From the IMG/VR virus record IMGVR_UViG_3300036399_001951, positions 72,740 through 136,739 of that record: DNA of 64,000 nt; one strand, 5' to 3'. The stretch's first letter is position 1; every line of letters begins with the position of its first letter. Below are positions 48,500 to 58,312 of the stretch, piece after piece. Source of the DNA: a virus. Both the position numbers and the translations under genes were made by a program. Under the pieces are notes generated by a model that saw only the letters and a list, made by a program, of their open reading frames with translations, was not told where the DNA came from and did no database searches.

Positions 48500-48741
48500 A
48501 GGTAATCTAATCTTCTCTAGAAGCCGGCCCAATAAAGGTCGGCTTTTTTAGGGTCCCAACTAAGAGGACCTCCGCTTCGGCAGGGAGCGGGCATTCCCGC
48601 TCCCGAGCGGATCTGGATACTTGACCACCGGGATTCCGGTATCCAAGCTCGCTCCGAAAAGATTGATAAATTTTTTCAAAATAATTTTCAAGATTGAGGT
48701 ATTCTTTGTATATTTACTATATAACTTAAAACAAAAGAGAA

Positions 48742-48990
48742 ATGGTATTACAACCAATTAACCCGTCAGAATTGAGAGCGCGATTAAATCGTGGAACTGT
48801 TCAGTTTGCGTACAAGAAATTAGATGGCACTCTACGCACTGCCATTGGAACCACTTCACTGGAGAATGTGCCAGTTGACCATCAACCTAAAGGTGGAGAG
48901 AGTAGCCCTAAAGTTGTGGTTTACTTTGACCTTCAAAAAGGTGAATGGAGAAGTGTAAGTATTAATCGTGAAATCTTTATTGCAGAATAA
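48742..48990 (+). CDS. WYL_2/SH3-fold (DUF2693-like) protein
   Basis: L..GTVQFAYKKLDGTLRTAIGT...YFDLQKGEWRS. Confidence 0.75.
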   Translation: MVLQPINPSELRARLNRGTVQFAYKKLDGTLRTAIGTTSLENVPVDHQPKGGESSPKVVVYFDLQKGEWRSVSINREIFIAE

Positions 48991-48991
48991 G

Positions 48992-49222
48992 ATGGGAACG
49001 AAAGAATTAAACATGGTGGAAGGGCCGGATGGCCTAACCACCGTATCCGGAAAATGCGTATTTACAGGGGAAGAGTATTCCTGTCAAGTACCAACAGATG
49101 GAATTAAGATGTGGCTCAACGGGGAGCGGATTCAGCGTGCTCTACCGGGCGTGAGCCTAGACGATAGGGAATTCCTAATAAGTGGAATTAGTCCTAACGG
49201 CTGGAAAAAGACCTTTGGTTAG
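48992..49222 (+). CDS. conserved phage hypothetical protein
   Basis: W.NGE.IQ.ALP..S.DDREFLISGI.P..W...F. Confidence 0.7.
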   Translation: MGTKELNMVEGPDGLTTVSGKCVFTGEEYSCQVPTDGIKMWLNGERIQRALPGVSLDDREFLISGISPNGWKKTFG

Positions 49223-49405
49223 GTTGTTTTAAGTTAGATAAGATAAGGGTCGACTCCGTAGTCGGCCCTTTCTTTTTTCCCTAGCCCGGAGCGGATTACC
49301 AAGGGCCGGCCTCGCTCTGAGAAATGTGCAAAAATATATCTCATAGGATTTTCAAGTTAATGATAGAATGCCTATATTTACTTATAACTTAAAACTTAAA
49401 ACAAA

Positions 49406-49660
49406 ATGAAAAAAGAAAAATTAATTGAGAAACTAAATGAGTTTGAAAACGGATTCGAGCGGGATCCAGAAGTAATTGAACTTGTTTATAAGATAAAAGA
49501 GAAGTTTGATTCTCATTTTAATAAAACATTCTCGAGCAAAGAGATTGAATCTGATGAGTTTGATGAGATGAGCGAAGAGTATTATTATGCCCTGAAAGAG
49601 AATGATCCTGATGATGCATCGATTTTTCAGGTAATGTGGTTTGAAAATTGGTTAAAATAA
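49406..49660 (+). CDS. acidic hypothetical protein
   Basis: follows the promoter at 49373. Confidence 0.6.
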   Translation: MKKEKLIEKLNEFENGFERDPEVIELVYKIKEKFDSHFNKTFSSKEIESDEFDEMSEEYYYALKENDPDDASIFQVMWFENWLK

Positions 49661-49665
49661 TAACT

Positions 49666-49875
49666 ATGGAAGCAAACTCAAAACAAGAATGGTGGGATCT
49701 AGTAAGAGCGGATCTCGCTAAGTGGAATAGAGAGAACCACCCAGAAGATCGCATGGGTATTCAAGACTGGATCGGCGAAGTTGGACCTAAGATTCATGGA
49801 TGGATCGCGTTCAGAGACGAGTATGGAGATTGGGATGCCTCATTGAGCGGATTCCCAGACGATGAAGATTATTAA
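49666..49875 (+). CDS. hypothetical protein
   Basis: start MEANSK. Confidence 0.55.
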   Translation: MEANSKQEWWDLVRADLAKWNRENHPEDRMGIQDWIGEVGPKIHGWIAFRDEYGDWDASLSGFPDDEDY

Positions 49876-49982
49876 AGATTGTGGCACGTGTCTCTTGTAA
49901 AACTTTCAAAAAAGTTTCCAAAAAATTTTCAAGTATCAAAAATTCTTTGTATATTTACTTATAACTTAAAAACAAAAAAGAA

Positions 49983-50381
49983 ATGAAAGCAGGTAAGTAT
50001 TATGTTGGTGACCTATGTTATGTACTAGGTGATCGTTGGGACGAAGTTTGTGATCTTATTATTAAGGATCATGTATGCTTAGATGGTGTGTTTGAATTAA
50101 AGGACGGAACCCAGTTTGCAATATATGGAACAGCTTATGGAGATGGATTCTATAGTGACCAATATGCAAATGGATATCCAGTGGATTCAGGTTCAATCGG
50201 CTGTGTGTTAGTGGACTCCATAACTTCAGGTGAATTAGATGAATCCTTAGGAAATGTTATAGATTTCGATGATGATTTTACTACAAGTTCAGATAGTGGA
50301 ATAATCTATATCGGAGAAATTGAAATAGATACTGAAGGGAGCGAAGGAATAGATGATGAATCAATCAATGATATTTGGTAA
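49983..50381 (+). CDS. conserved phage acidic protein
   Basis: GKYYVGDLCYV, TAYGDG.Y, VDSGSIG. Confidence 0.7.
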   Translation: MKAGKYYVGDLCYVLGDRWDEVCDLIIKDHVCLDGVFELKDGTQFAIYGTAYGDGFYSDQYANGYPVDSGSIGCVLVDSITSGELDESLGNVIDFDDDFTTSSDSGIIYIGEIEIDTEGSEGIDDESINDIW

Positions 50382-50565
50382 GAAGTTGTTTTAAGTTAGG
50401 TAAAGAAAGGTCAACTCCGTAGTTGGCCTTTTCTTTTGCGGTATCCCCGGAGCGGGTAGCATCCCTCCCGCCTCGCTCCGAGAAACGTACAAAAATATAT
50501 TATCTAAAATTTTCAGGATTAAGGAATTCTTCTTATATTTACTTATAACTTAAAAACAAAAAGAA

Positions 50566-50931
50566 ATGAAAAATGTAACAGTATTAGCAATTGGAGTAGT
50601 TCAACCTGAAAACGGAAAAACTTGTTATGATTGGAATATGTATGATTCTGTGCCAGGAGTGATCTCCTTGACCTCAAGTGGATTCTTAATGTATCATGCT
50701 AATGAAGATGATTTTACACCGGGCGATCAATTACAATTAATCGCTAATGATTCAAATAGAAAATTAAAAACGGCAACAATCGTTGAATCATGTAGCGCAA
50801 ACCGAGAGGATGTCCTAGCAATGTTATTACGTAACCAATATGATTATTATCCAGCTAGAGCATTTAAGAAAAAGAGATTCTCTCGTAAATTGAGTACATC
50901 ATATTCAGTAAAAGGAATTTATATTAGTTAG
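50566..50931 (+). CDS. hypothetical protein
   Basis: single-gene cassette (promoter 50534, terminator ~50958). Confidence 0.65.
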   Translation: MKNVTVLAIGVVQPENGKTCYDWNMYDSVPGVISLTSSGFLMYHANEDDFTPGDQLQLIANDSNRKLKTATIVESCSANREDVLAMLLRNQYDYYPARAFKKKRFSRKLSTSYSVKGIYIS

Positions 50932-51131
50932 TTGTTTGTTTTGTTTAAGTTCTGATTAAGCCGGCACCAGCCGGCTTTTTCTTTTTAGGTGGCCATGCCC
51001 GCCCGGAGCCAGCTCTCCTCGGGCGCTCTCGAGGCGGGGCCGCTCCGGAAAATGTACAAAAATATATTCTCTAAAATTTTCAAGATTAAAGTATTTTGCC
51101 TATATTTACTTATAACTTAAAACAAAACAAT

Positions 51132-51386
51132 ATGATTGATGTAATTTATGTGGCAGTTCTAGACTTTAATCTATGCAGCGTTAGCCTTTATGAGATTGAA
51201 AAGCAAGAAGCATTGGATATTGCAGATGACCTAGATATTGAGTTTGAGATTGACACCTTAGATGAGATAGTATGTGAATATATGCATTCAAACCGCGGTC
51301 ACCGAGCAAGCGAATGTCAGTATATGTTTTCAACTGAACCAATTCCTCTCCATATCCCATATCAAATAGAATTAACTGAAGAATAA
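51132..51386 (+). CDS. hypothetical protein
   Basis: start MIDVIY after the promoter at 51101. Confidence 0.6.
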   Translation: MIDVIYVAVLDFNLCSVSLYEIEKQEALDIADDLDIEFEIDTLDEIVCEYMHSNRGHRASECQYMFSTEPIPLHIPYQIELTEE

Positions 51387-51559
51387 GTTTATTGATTATT
51401 ACCGCAGGGGCCAGGAGACTGGCCTTTTTTAGGCATTCCTCTCGGAGCGGGTAGCCAGAAGAGAAACCCGCTCCGAATAATTGACAAAAAAATTTAAAAT
51501 AAATTTTCAGGATTAAAGTATTTTGCCTATATTTACTATATAACTTAAAACAAAACAAG

Positions 51560-51919
51560 ATGAATATTGATGTTAACTTAATCTTACCTGAAGGTAAGGA
51601 TTATCAGAGAGCCAAGGAGATGGACTTCTATAAACATGGCATGAGGAACTGGTTCTATGGGAACGGTGCGCCAATTCAAAGCCTAGCAGAGAAGCAAGCT
51701 AAACTTATTAAAGACCCTGTTAAATTAGTGCGCAGAGCCAAGGCAGTTGCAGCAGTGTGGGGCACTAGAGATTATCATGGGTATGCAAGTGGAGTACCGA
51801 AGGAGGAAAACGTTTGGAATCCCTTTGAGAATGCCCTACGTGCAATGGGATTTACTCATGAACAGATCAATTCAATTAGCTCGCATAGAGAATCAGATGA
51901 AGTATTAAGAAGAGCTTAA
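51560..51919 (+). CDS. hypothetical protein
   Basis: follows the promoter at 51528; AKLIKDPVKLVRRAKA. Confidence 0.65.
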   Translation: MNIDVNLILPEGKDYQRAKEMDFYKHGMRNWFYGNGAPIQSLAEKQAKLIKDPVKLVRRAKAVAAVWGTRDYHGYASGVPKEENVWNPFENALRAMGFTHEQINSISSHRESDEVLRRA

Positions 51920-51922
51920 GAC

Positions 51923-52399
51923 ATGGAACTTATTCTAAAAATCAAGGACAATCTGCATATCATAGGGAATCGGATCTATAGCTACGAAACTGAGGTTGCC
52001 TCTATTGGCAAACACATTATCACTGCATACTCCACATACAGCAGAACTACAGGTAAACATGTAAACTTTATTTCACACCTATTAAACCTGCCAATCGTAC
52101 ACTCTACTCGTAAAAAGGCCGCCTATTCTAAATTGCAATATGGAGCCAGATGTAAGTATGATGGCAGCTTATCAAGCAAGGCTAGCATCTCCGTAGTCAA
52201 TGAACTCAAGTCTGGAGCGAATCTCATGACTGCTTGTGCAAGATGCTGGAACAGTATGGGTAATCGAGACAGGTCAACAGTAAGAGATTATTATGGATAC
52301 ACTGGCAAGGGAGCGGAGTTCGACGACCTGATTGTAATAGCCGGGCTCGGGATTATCATTACAGATGAAGCAATTGATTTATCAAAAATATCAATTTAA
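51923..52399 (+). CDS. hypothetical protein with shared C-terminal tag
   Basis: IYSYET.VA, YSRTT.KH (DUF8033-like pattern); ends IDLSKISI. Confidence 0.6.
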   Translation: MELILKIKDNLHIIGNRIYSYETEVASIGKHIITAYSTYSRTTGKHVNFISHLLNLPIVHSTRKKAAYSKLQYGARCKYDGSLSSKASISVVNELKSGANLMTACARCWNSMGNRDRSTVRDYYGYTGKGAEFDDLIVIAGLGIIITDEAIDLSKISI

Positions 52400-52455
52400 A
52401 TTTTCAGGTCCCAAAGATTCTCTGTATATTTACTATATAACTTAAAATAAAAGTA

Positions 52456-53409
52456 ATGAAAGCAAAGCAAATAACTCTTAGTGCATCCTATATCAAATCA
52501 CTCAGTGTGGAGAATAAGATAAATTTCTTATCGAATGATATTTGCCCTGATGAAATTATTGAACTCTTATCAAATGATCGTAGCCATAGAGTAAGAGCCG
52601 CAATTGCTGCACACACTAATTGTCCAATTGAACTATTAATTAAGTACTCGAATGATGCGCACCCAGGGGTATTATGCGGTATTGCGAGTAATCCAAAAAT
52701 TCCATATGATATCTTAGTTAAATTGTCAGATTCTGAGACAGATATAGTGGTAGTTGGCGTTGGTGAAAACCCTTCAATTGATTCTAAATTAAAGAATAAA
52801 ATTCTAGAGCGATTGGCATTTGAATTTAATTGCTACTATAACGCGGTAGAGAGCCTAATCGCAAGTCCGGAAATAAAATCTTCTCTTATTAATAAATTAT
52901 CTAAACACTCTAATTGGAATGTAAGGAGAGCGGTTGCAAGGAAGCCTTATCTCTCTAATGATGTAGTGAATCGCTTAGCCGGTGACAACGACTGTGATGT
53001 ACAAGATGCGATTCTGGAAAATGAATCATTAGAGATTACATCGAAAATGTTAAACATTCTTGTTAAGACGGGAAGTTGGCAGAATCGTCAAATCATTGCA
53101 TCACGTATGGATTGTCCCCTAGATGTATTAATCTATATTGCAGAAACAGACGATGATACTGATGTATTGAATTCTATGTTGAAGAATAGCAAGTGTCCGC
53201 TTGAAGTACTGGTGATTGTTGTTAACCGAGCCGATAGAGGAGAATCGTTAGGTACAGCAAGTGCAGCAGCACGAAGAAAGTTAACCCAAGCTATAAAATC
53301 AGGAGGACTTTTGGTTAAGGAACAAATTGAAGGAATGAAGACAATGTTGGAGCTTGGATTTAAATTATCAGCAGGTGACTCCGTAGTCTTAAATGAAATT
53401 AATATCTAA
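52456..53409 (+). CDS. HEAT/leucine-rich-variant (LRV) repeat protein
   Basis: repeats L..LS.D....VR..IA.N...P. Confidence 0.8.
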   Translation: MKAKQITLSASYIKSLSVENKINFLSNDICPDEIIELLSNDRSHRVRAAIAAHTNCPIELLIKYSNDAHPGVLCGIASNPKIPYDILVKLSDSETDIVVVGVGENPSIDSKLKNKILERLAFEFNCYYNAVESLIASPEIKSSLINKLSKHSNWNVRRAVARKPYLSNDVVNRLAGDNDCDVQDAILENESLEITSKMLNILVKTGSWQNRQIIASRMDCPLDVLIYIAETDDDTDVLNSMLKNSKCPLEVLVIVVNRADRGESLGTASAAARRKLTQAIKSGGLLVKEQIEGMKTMLELGFKLSAGDSVVLNEINI

Positions 53410-53464
53410 AAGATTTTCAGGTCCCAACTAAACTTAGTATATTTACTATATAACTTGAATAAAC

Positions 53465-54271
53465 ATGTACTATCCAACACATCAAGAAATTTTAGACCTA
53501 CCTTCGGTAAAGAGAAATATTGCAGAATTTAAAAAGCTTGGCTTAGACGTTGCTGTGATCTGTAACACCGGGACCAGAGCCTATAATAACGGAACCAGAA
53601 AGATCCAAATGCCAGCATGGGTGTGGAGAACTAAGAGTAAATATATGTATGAGGAGTTTGCAATTTACCCAGATCGCGGAACGGTCATAAGCGTTCCGAA
53701 TGGATACACGATCAAACAAGTTGCACCCTTAAAAACCTTAGAAGATTGGGATAACTTATTTCAACTCCTGTTTGAACTTAAGTTCTCTCCTGATTTTTAT
53801 AGAGCGGAGATATCTACTTCAGTTGTGGAATTAGATGAATTGGCTAGATCTAAAGATACTCGTATAAAAGGACGAGTTGCTAATAATAAGCATACCTCCC
53901 CAGATACCTTACGTAAACTTTGGAAATCTTCTAAAGCTGAGGTGGTGTTTGATGGTTTACTAACTAATCCTAATTTACCCTCAGATATCCTAGCCTTAAT
54001 ATATAAGAAGAGGGAATCTTTTGCTTCTAGATACCACACCAGTGATACATGGATTGAGGCCCGTATAATGGAGAACCCCAATACTCCAATTGAAATTCTA
54101 TTGGGAGCAGATTGGAACGAGTATCCAACAGCCAGGGAAATCGTTGTTAACTCTGCAGATAAATTGACTTCAGAGCAGGATAGGAATAGGATACTTGGTC
54201 TAGTTACTATGAAAGACATGGGGATTCCAATTTCCAATGAACCAATTGATTTAAGTAAAATAGAAATATAG
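53465..54271 (+). CDS. LRV/HEAT repeat protein
   Basis: LDELARS...RVANN..TSPD.L, NPNLP, NPNTP; ends IDLSKIEI. Confidence 0.7.
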   Translation: MYYPTHQEILDLPSVKRNIAEFKKLGLDVAVICNTGTRAYNNGTRKIQMPAWVWRTKSKYMYEEFAIYPDRGTVISVPNGYTIKQVAPLKTLEDWDNLFQLLFELKFSPDFYRAEISTSVVELDELARSKDTRIKGRVANNKHTSPDTLRKLWKSSKAEVVFDGLLTNPNLPSDILALIYKKRESFASRYHTSDTWIEARIMENPNTPIEILLGADWNEYPTAREIVVNSADKLTSEQDRNRILGLVTMKDMGIPISNEPIDLSKIEI

Positions 54272-54501
54272 TGGAAGACAAGATAGATCGCATACTAAAC
54301 ATATTAAGCGAACGCAATAGATCCCTACAGGAAGAGCTTGATTCCTGTGGGGGGAGCGAGGATGAGGACGCAAGCTTGATCTTCGAGGTAAACTCGGCTC
54401 AGATCGCATTGCTGGAAGAATTATATGAAGAGATAAAAAGTTTAAAATAAATTTTCAGGTTTCAAAGATTCTTTGTATATTTACTTATAATTTAAATAGA
54501 G

Positions 54502-54735
54502 ATGAACAAAACTTTTTATTTATTAGTAACTGGACCCAAGGTATATTTACCAGGTGGGCGCAAACTTGAGAAGATAGAGATTACTCAAGAGGATATTGAT
54601 GATACTCGTGAAGGGGACGAGAGTGACGAAGATGTACTCAATTATTTTATTGAAGATGAGATATCTGCATGGGAACAGCATTGGTGTAAAGCAGTAGTAA
54701 TTACAGAAGATGAATATAATAAATTAAAACAATAA
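54502..54735 (+). CDS. acidic hypothetical protein
   Basis: follows the promoter at 54476. Confidence 0.6.
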   Translation: MNKTFYLLVTGPKVYLPGGRKLEKIEITQEDIDDTREGDESDEDVLNYFIEDEISAWEQHWCKAVVITEDEYNKLKQ

Positions 54736-54800
54736 TCTTAAAATTTTCAGGACCCAAGTATTCTTTGTATATTTACTTATAACTTAAAAACAAAGGAAAA

Positions 54801-55019
54801 ATGAAATTATCTAAATGCTGTGATGCAAAAGTAAGAGTAGTAATGACGGACGATGAGGTCGGACATGGGATGTATGAAACGACTGAATGCTCTGATTGCG
54901 GAGAGCTAGAACCTGAGGTATATGAAGCTGCTTGTAAACATGAGAATACATTCGTTTCAATACGCCACACATCTGGAATTGAATTAGTGAAATGTAAAGA
55001 TTGTGGTGCATCACTATAA
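54801..55019 (+). CDS. small Cys-rich Zn-binding protein
   Basis: SKCC.A, CSDC, CKH, CKDC. Confidence 0.65.
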   Translation: MKLSKCCDAKVRVVMTDDEVGHGMYETTECSDCGELEPEVYEAACKHENTFVSIRHTSGIELVKCKDCGASL

Positions 55020-55035
55020 TTAAAAAGAGAGAGAT

Positions 55036-55251
55036 ATGGAATTATTATTTAAGACATCCGAGCAAGTAACATTAAACACCGTAACCATGCAGCACCCGAC
55101 GGAAGGCGTGTTAGTGTACACGGAATGGGTTAATGACCAAGGCCGCATTATGGATTGTGAGATTCGCAGCAAAGACGGCCACCTCATTGAGGAATCAGAG
55201 GACCACTGTTTAGTATCAGAAGTATACCAGTTTGTAGACAGCTTAAAATAA
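55036..55251 (+). CDS. hypothetical protein
   Basis: in operon. Confidence 0.55.
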   Translation: MELLFKTSEQVTLNTVTMQHPTEGVLVYTEWVNDQGRIMDCEIRSKDGHLIEESEDHCLVSEVYQFVDSLK

Positions 55252-55257
55252 GAGACA

Positions 55258-55527
55258 ATGACACAGGAACAGGCGCAATCAATAGGTCAAATTATAGACC
55301 GATTTGATTTTCAAACAGTACATGATTACATGGTCCTAACAGGATGGAAATGGTTTGATGAGGTACCTACAATGGATAACCTAAAGGGAACCGCAACCCG
55401 TCTACTAGTTGAGGCCCAAATGGATCCACAGGAGGTAGTATCAATGGGAACCGGAGGATTCAGAGTATACAAACTACCATGGGGATTAGAGCTTGTCTTT
55501 GCAATGAAGAGGAGCGGCACTTTCTAA
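55258..55527 (+). CDS. conserved phage hypothetical protein
   Basis: FDF..VH..M..TGWKW..VP...TGGF. Confidence 0.65.
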   Translation: MTQEQAQSIGQIIDRFDFQTVHDYMVLTGWKWFDEVPTMDNLKGTATRLLVEAQMDPQEVVSMGTGGFRVYKLPWGLELVFAMKRSGTF

Positions 55528-55702
55528 ACCTATCGCATAATCTAAATAGAGGGGAACTGGTTTCCCCTTTTTTTATGCTCGGGCCTGGAGCGAGTAGCAT
55601 CTTGCTCGCCTCGCTCCGCAAAAAGATCTAAATTAAATTACAGATAATTTTCAAGTATAGAGGAATCTTCTTATATTTACTATATAACTTAAACATACAA
55701 AG

Positions 55703-56395
55703 ATGATGAAGCCTTTTAAAGAACTAAGTGAAGATAGACAACTTGAAATAGTAGAGAACTCAATGGGAGATGATTGGCACGAGTCAATAATCGAGGATAT
55801 CAAGGCAGAGCTTGAAGAGCTTGGAATCAGCGAGCCCGATATTCAGTTTAGCGGATTTTGGAGCCAAGGGGACGGTGCAAGCTTTACTTGCGATGGAGTC
55901 GACCTTATTCGCCTAATGAAGGAGATCCCTATGGATTTTCAGAGCGAGCAGATGGAGGCGGCAAACGGAGGTGTTCGAACAATGGTAGCCCTCTTGGGAT
56001 GGGATGCAGTTGGAGTAAAGAGACCCGTGCTTGATCTTATACTTGAAGACGAGAATCGGGATCTTATTACTTGTAGTATCTGGAGAAGTTCCCATCGATA
56101 TGTGCATGAAAATACTGTTGATCTTGGTTTAGAATTAGCCAGCCACTGGTGTACCGGAGACTATCCTGAAGAGAGAGACCTTGACGAATGGATCTTCTTA
56201 CCTGAGGACGTCAGTGAATTGAATGCTTTTGTAGAATGGTTAGAACCTAGATTAGAGGAATGGCTAAAAGATAAGTGCCGTGAAATCTATGGTAGATTAG
56301 AGGAAGAATACAATAACTATCAGGAGGGTATAATGGAGGATTTAATGGAGGAAAATAGTGAGTGGAGCGATACTAGCAATAGTAGATATTATTAA
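55703..56395 (+). CDS. conserved acidic phage protein
   Basis: FSGFWSQGDGASF, YVHENT, IY.RLEEEY motifs. Confidence 0.7.
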   Translation: MMKPFKELSEDRQLEIVENSMGDDWHESIIEDIKAELEELGISEPDIQFSGFWSQGDGASFTCDGVDLIRLMKEIPMDFQSEQMEAANGGVRTMVALLGWDAVGVKRPVLDLILEDENRDLITCSIWRSSHRYVHENTVDLGLELASHWCTGDYPEERDLDEWIFLPEDVSELNAFVEWLEPRLEEWLKDKCREIYGRLEEEYNNYQEGIMEDLMEENSEWSDTSNSRYY

Positions 56396-56419
56396 CTCCG
56401 TAGTGTAATAAATATTATT

Positions 56420-56629
56420 ATGGAACTAATTGATAACTCAGTCTTAGAGGTAACCTATATAGAAAACACCTTTAAACTAGACAGTGGAGTAATAGTACGC
56501 CACATAAAGATACTTCATGGAGAAGAACTCATTAGCGAGCGGATCGTAAACCAGCAGGACTACTCTCTTGATTCCGACCTGGAATCTAATCTTGTGGAAA
56601 AAATAAAAGAATTTTCTAAAAATTTATAG
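56420..56629 (+). CDS. hypothetical protein
   Basis: 69-aa ORF. Confidence 0.5.
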   Translation: MELIDNSVLEVTYIENTFKLDSGVIVRHIKILHGEELISERIVNQQDYSLDSDLESNLVEKIKEFSKNL

Positions 56630-56693
56630 CAAATTATTTTCAGGTCCCAAGGATTCTTTGTATATTTACTATATAACTTAAAAACAAAAGATC

Positions 56694-56870
56694 ATGATTA
56701 AAGTCAAAATCAAAGACCTAAGAACAAAGCCGAAAGCCAAAGTCGGCGACAAAGTAGAATTTCAGATAGGAGAGGAGACCCTCATGGATACGGTGACCTA
56801 CGTTATGGATCACGTTGTGGAAGGAGAGAAATACGATCTTACTTACGTAAACTTCACTATAAAGAAATGA
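56694..56870 (+). CDS. small SH3/KOW-like protein (not in the ORF track)
   Basis: 58 aa MIKVKIKDLRTKPKAKVGDKVEF... after the promoter at 56661. Confidence 0.55.
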   Translation: MIKVKIKDLRTKPKAKVGDKVEFQIGEETLMDTVTYVMDHVVEGEKYDLTYVNFTIKK

Positions 56871-57121
56871 AAGCGACAGAAGTAAATAGCCTATTACGAG
56901 TTGGAGCTTATGATAGGTTGCGTAAGAAGCTTAAGAGAATGGCAATCCCTGAAAGAATCGATTCTCTTAATGATAGCTTTCACCTGGTTGACATGGACCC
57001 AGGTAGCTTAAAGTTCTTTAAGGAAAACTTCTCAGTTGAGATCGGAGCCTTAATCGTTGCAGAGCGAGATTTAAAAAAGGCAGTGGAGCTCTATTCAAAA
57101 TCTAAAAAGTTGAATAAATAA
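56867..57121 (+). CDS. hypothetical protein
   Basis: ATGA overlap with the upstream gene. Confidence 0.55.
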   Translation: MKATEVNSLLRVGAYDRLRKKLKRMAIPERIDSLNDSFHLVDMDPGSLKFFKENFSVEIGALIVAERDLKKAVELYSKSKKLNK

Positions 57122-57133
57122 TAAGAAAGCACC

Positions 57134-57616
57134 ATGGAAGAGAGAGCACCTGAACAGAGAGGATACATAAAGCTAGGACCTTTTAAAACTAAAATCGAAA
57201 ATGCATGGATTAGCGGTAAGTTCGCAGACATGCCAATTGAACTGGAGGATCGTACTCTCTTAGACTTAGGGATTCATAAGATAGAAGATTATGAGGTAGA
57301 TACTGGTAGCTCAATGCCTCAGGTTCATCATATAACCTGGACAGTAGAGATGTATGCTGGATATGGAGATATTAAAAACGAAACCGTTGGAATATCATTC
57401 GGCGACCCTACTATTATAAGCATTGAGTCAAGTATAGATTTTGAATACTATGAGCCCCATTCTGATGATCAAAAGACTTATCAATGGGAGGCTACCTTGA
57501 ATCTGAGCGAGTGGAAAATTGATACATCTGATTTTGAATGGTCAAACGAAGGCAACCTTGCTATAGATAATGTGGAAATAAATTTTTCAGAAAAGATAAT
57601 CATAATACAATCGTAA
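57134..57616 (+). CDS. acidic hypothetical protein
   Basis: ATAAATA upstream. Confidence 0.6.
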   Translation: MEERAPEQRGYIKLGPFKTKIENAWISGKFADMPIELEDRTLLDLGIHKIEDYEVDTGSSMPQVHHITWTVEMYAGYGDIKNETVGISFGDPTIISIESSIDFEYYEPHSDDQKTYQWEATLNLSEWKIDTSDFEWSNEGNLAIDNVEINFSEKIIIIQS

Positions 57617-57617
57617 C

Positions 57618-57956
57618 ATGAAGGAGTATATTCATACCATGAAAGTTCTCAGCCAGGAAGGCAAAGAATTTGAAGTTAAATTTGGGATACCTCAATTTAA
57701 AGAACAAGGAGCGGAGTCCCTATTTGAGAATCATAAAGGCGAAGTATATGGAGCTATTGTTCTTGGAATTACCCGAATGATGAACATGAGAGAGGATCGA
57801 ATGGCATGCTTCACCATCGGAGATCTAGTCTTTGAATTAGGTAAAGAATCTTCTAAGGATAATTTACATAGATGTATTAAATATTACGAATCCATAGAGG
57901 ACTATGAAACTTGTTCCTTTATACTTAATCACTTACTTAAATACGTCGAAGGTTAA
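57618..57956 (+). CDS. protein with C-terminal UVR-like EDYETC motif
   Basis: NLHRCIKYYESIEDYETCSFI. Confidence 0.65.
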   Translation: MKEYIHTMKVLSQEGKEFEVKFGIPQFKEQGAESLFENHKGEVYGAIVLGITRMMNMREDRMACFTIGDLVFELGKESSKDNLHRCIKYYESIEDYETCSFILNHLLKYVEG

Positions 57957-58134
57957 TTGGTTTAACTCCGTAGTTAGAGGCCTTAGAGGGCCTCTTTTTT
58001 TGCTTCCTGCCCGGAGCGAATAGGATACTCCAGGTGGAGCGCCACCCGCTCAGAAAAAAGTTAAAAAATAATTCATAAAATATTTTCTTTATTGAAACTT
58101 TCTCACTATATTTACTATATAAAACTTAATCAAA

Positions 58135-58311
58135 ATGAAAAGAGCAACCGGATTTAAAAAGTTAAACTGCAAGATCTGCGGGGAAGAGGTTCCCAAGGTA
58201 GATGAAAAAGCCGACAAAGTAACCTGTTGGGAATGCGTACAGAAATCCCTAAGAGGGGTTATATGTATAGATGATAGAGAACCAATTAATGAACCAGAAA
58301 ACGAAAACTAA
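58135..58311 (+). CDS. small Zn-finger protein (not in the ORF track)
   Basis: 58 aa with CKIC...CWEC after the promoter at 58107. Confidence 0.65.
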   Translation: MKRATGFKKLNCKICGEEVPKVDEKADKVTCWECVQKSLRGVICIDDREPINEPENEN

Positions 58312-58312
58312 A

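Noticed and set aside
42378-51131. Long N-terminal extensions of ORFs 42378, 42984, 45700, 47075, 47913 and 51096, and ORF 46018
   Set aside because: They run through terminator, GGAGC/GCTCC and promoter DNA; the true starts follow the AACTTAAAA-type leader.
47500-51900. UBA-like LxxMGF motifs in ORFs 47318 and 51560
   Set aside because: Too short to support a fold call without a profile search.
45220-55617. Integron attC sites as the identity of the GGAGC...GCTCC elements
   Set aside because: No RYYYAAC/GTTRRRY cores, spacers mostly unpaired, no integrase in the window, and each cassette has its own promoter.
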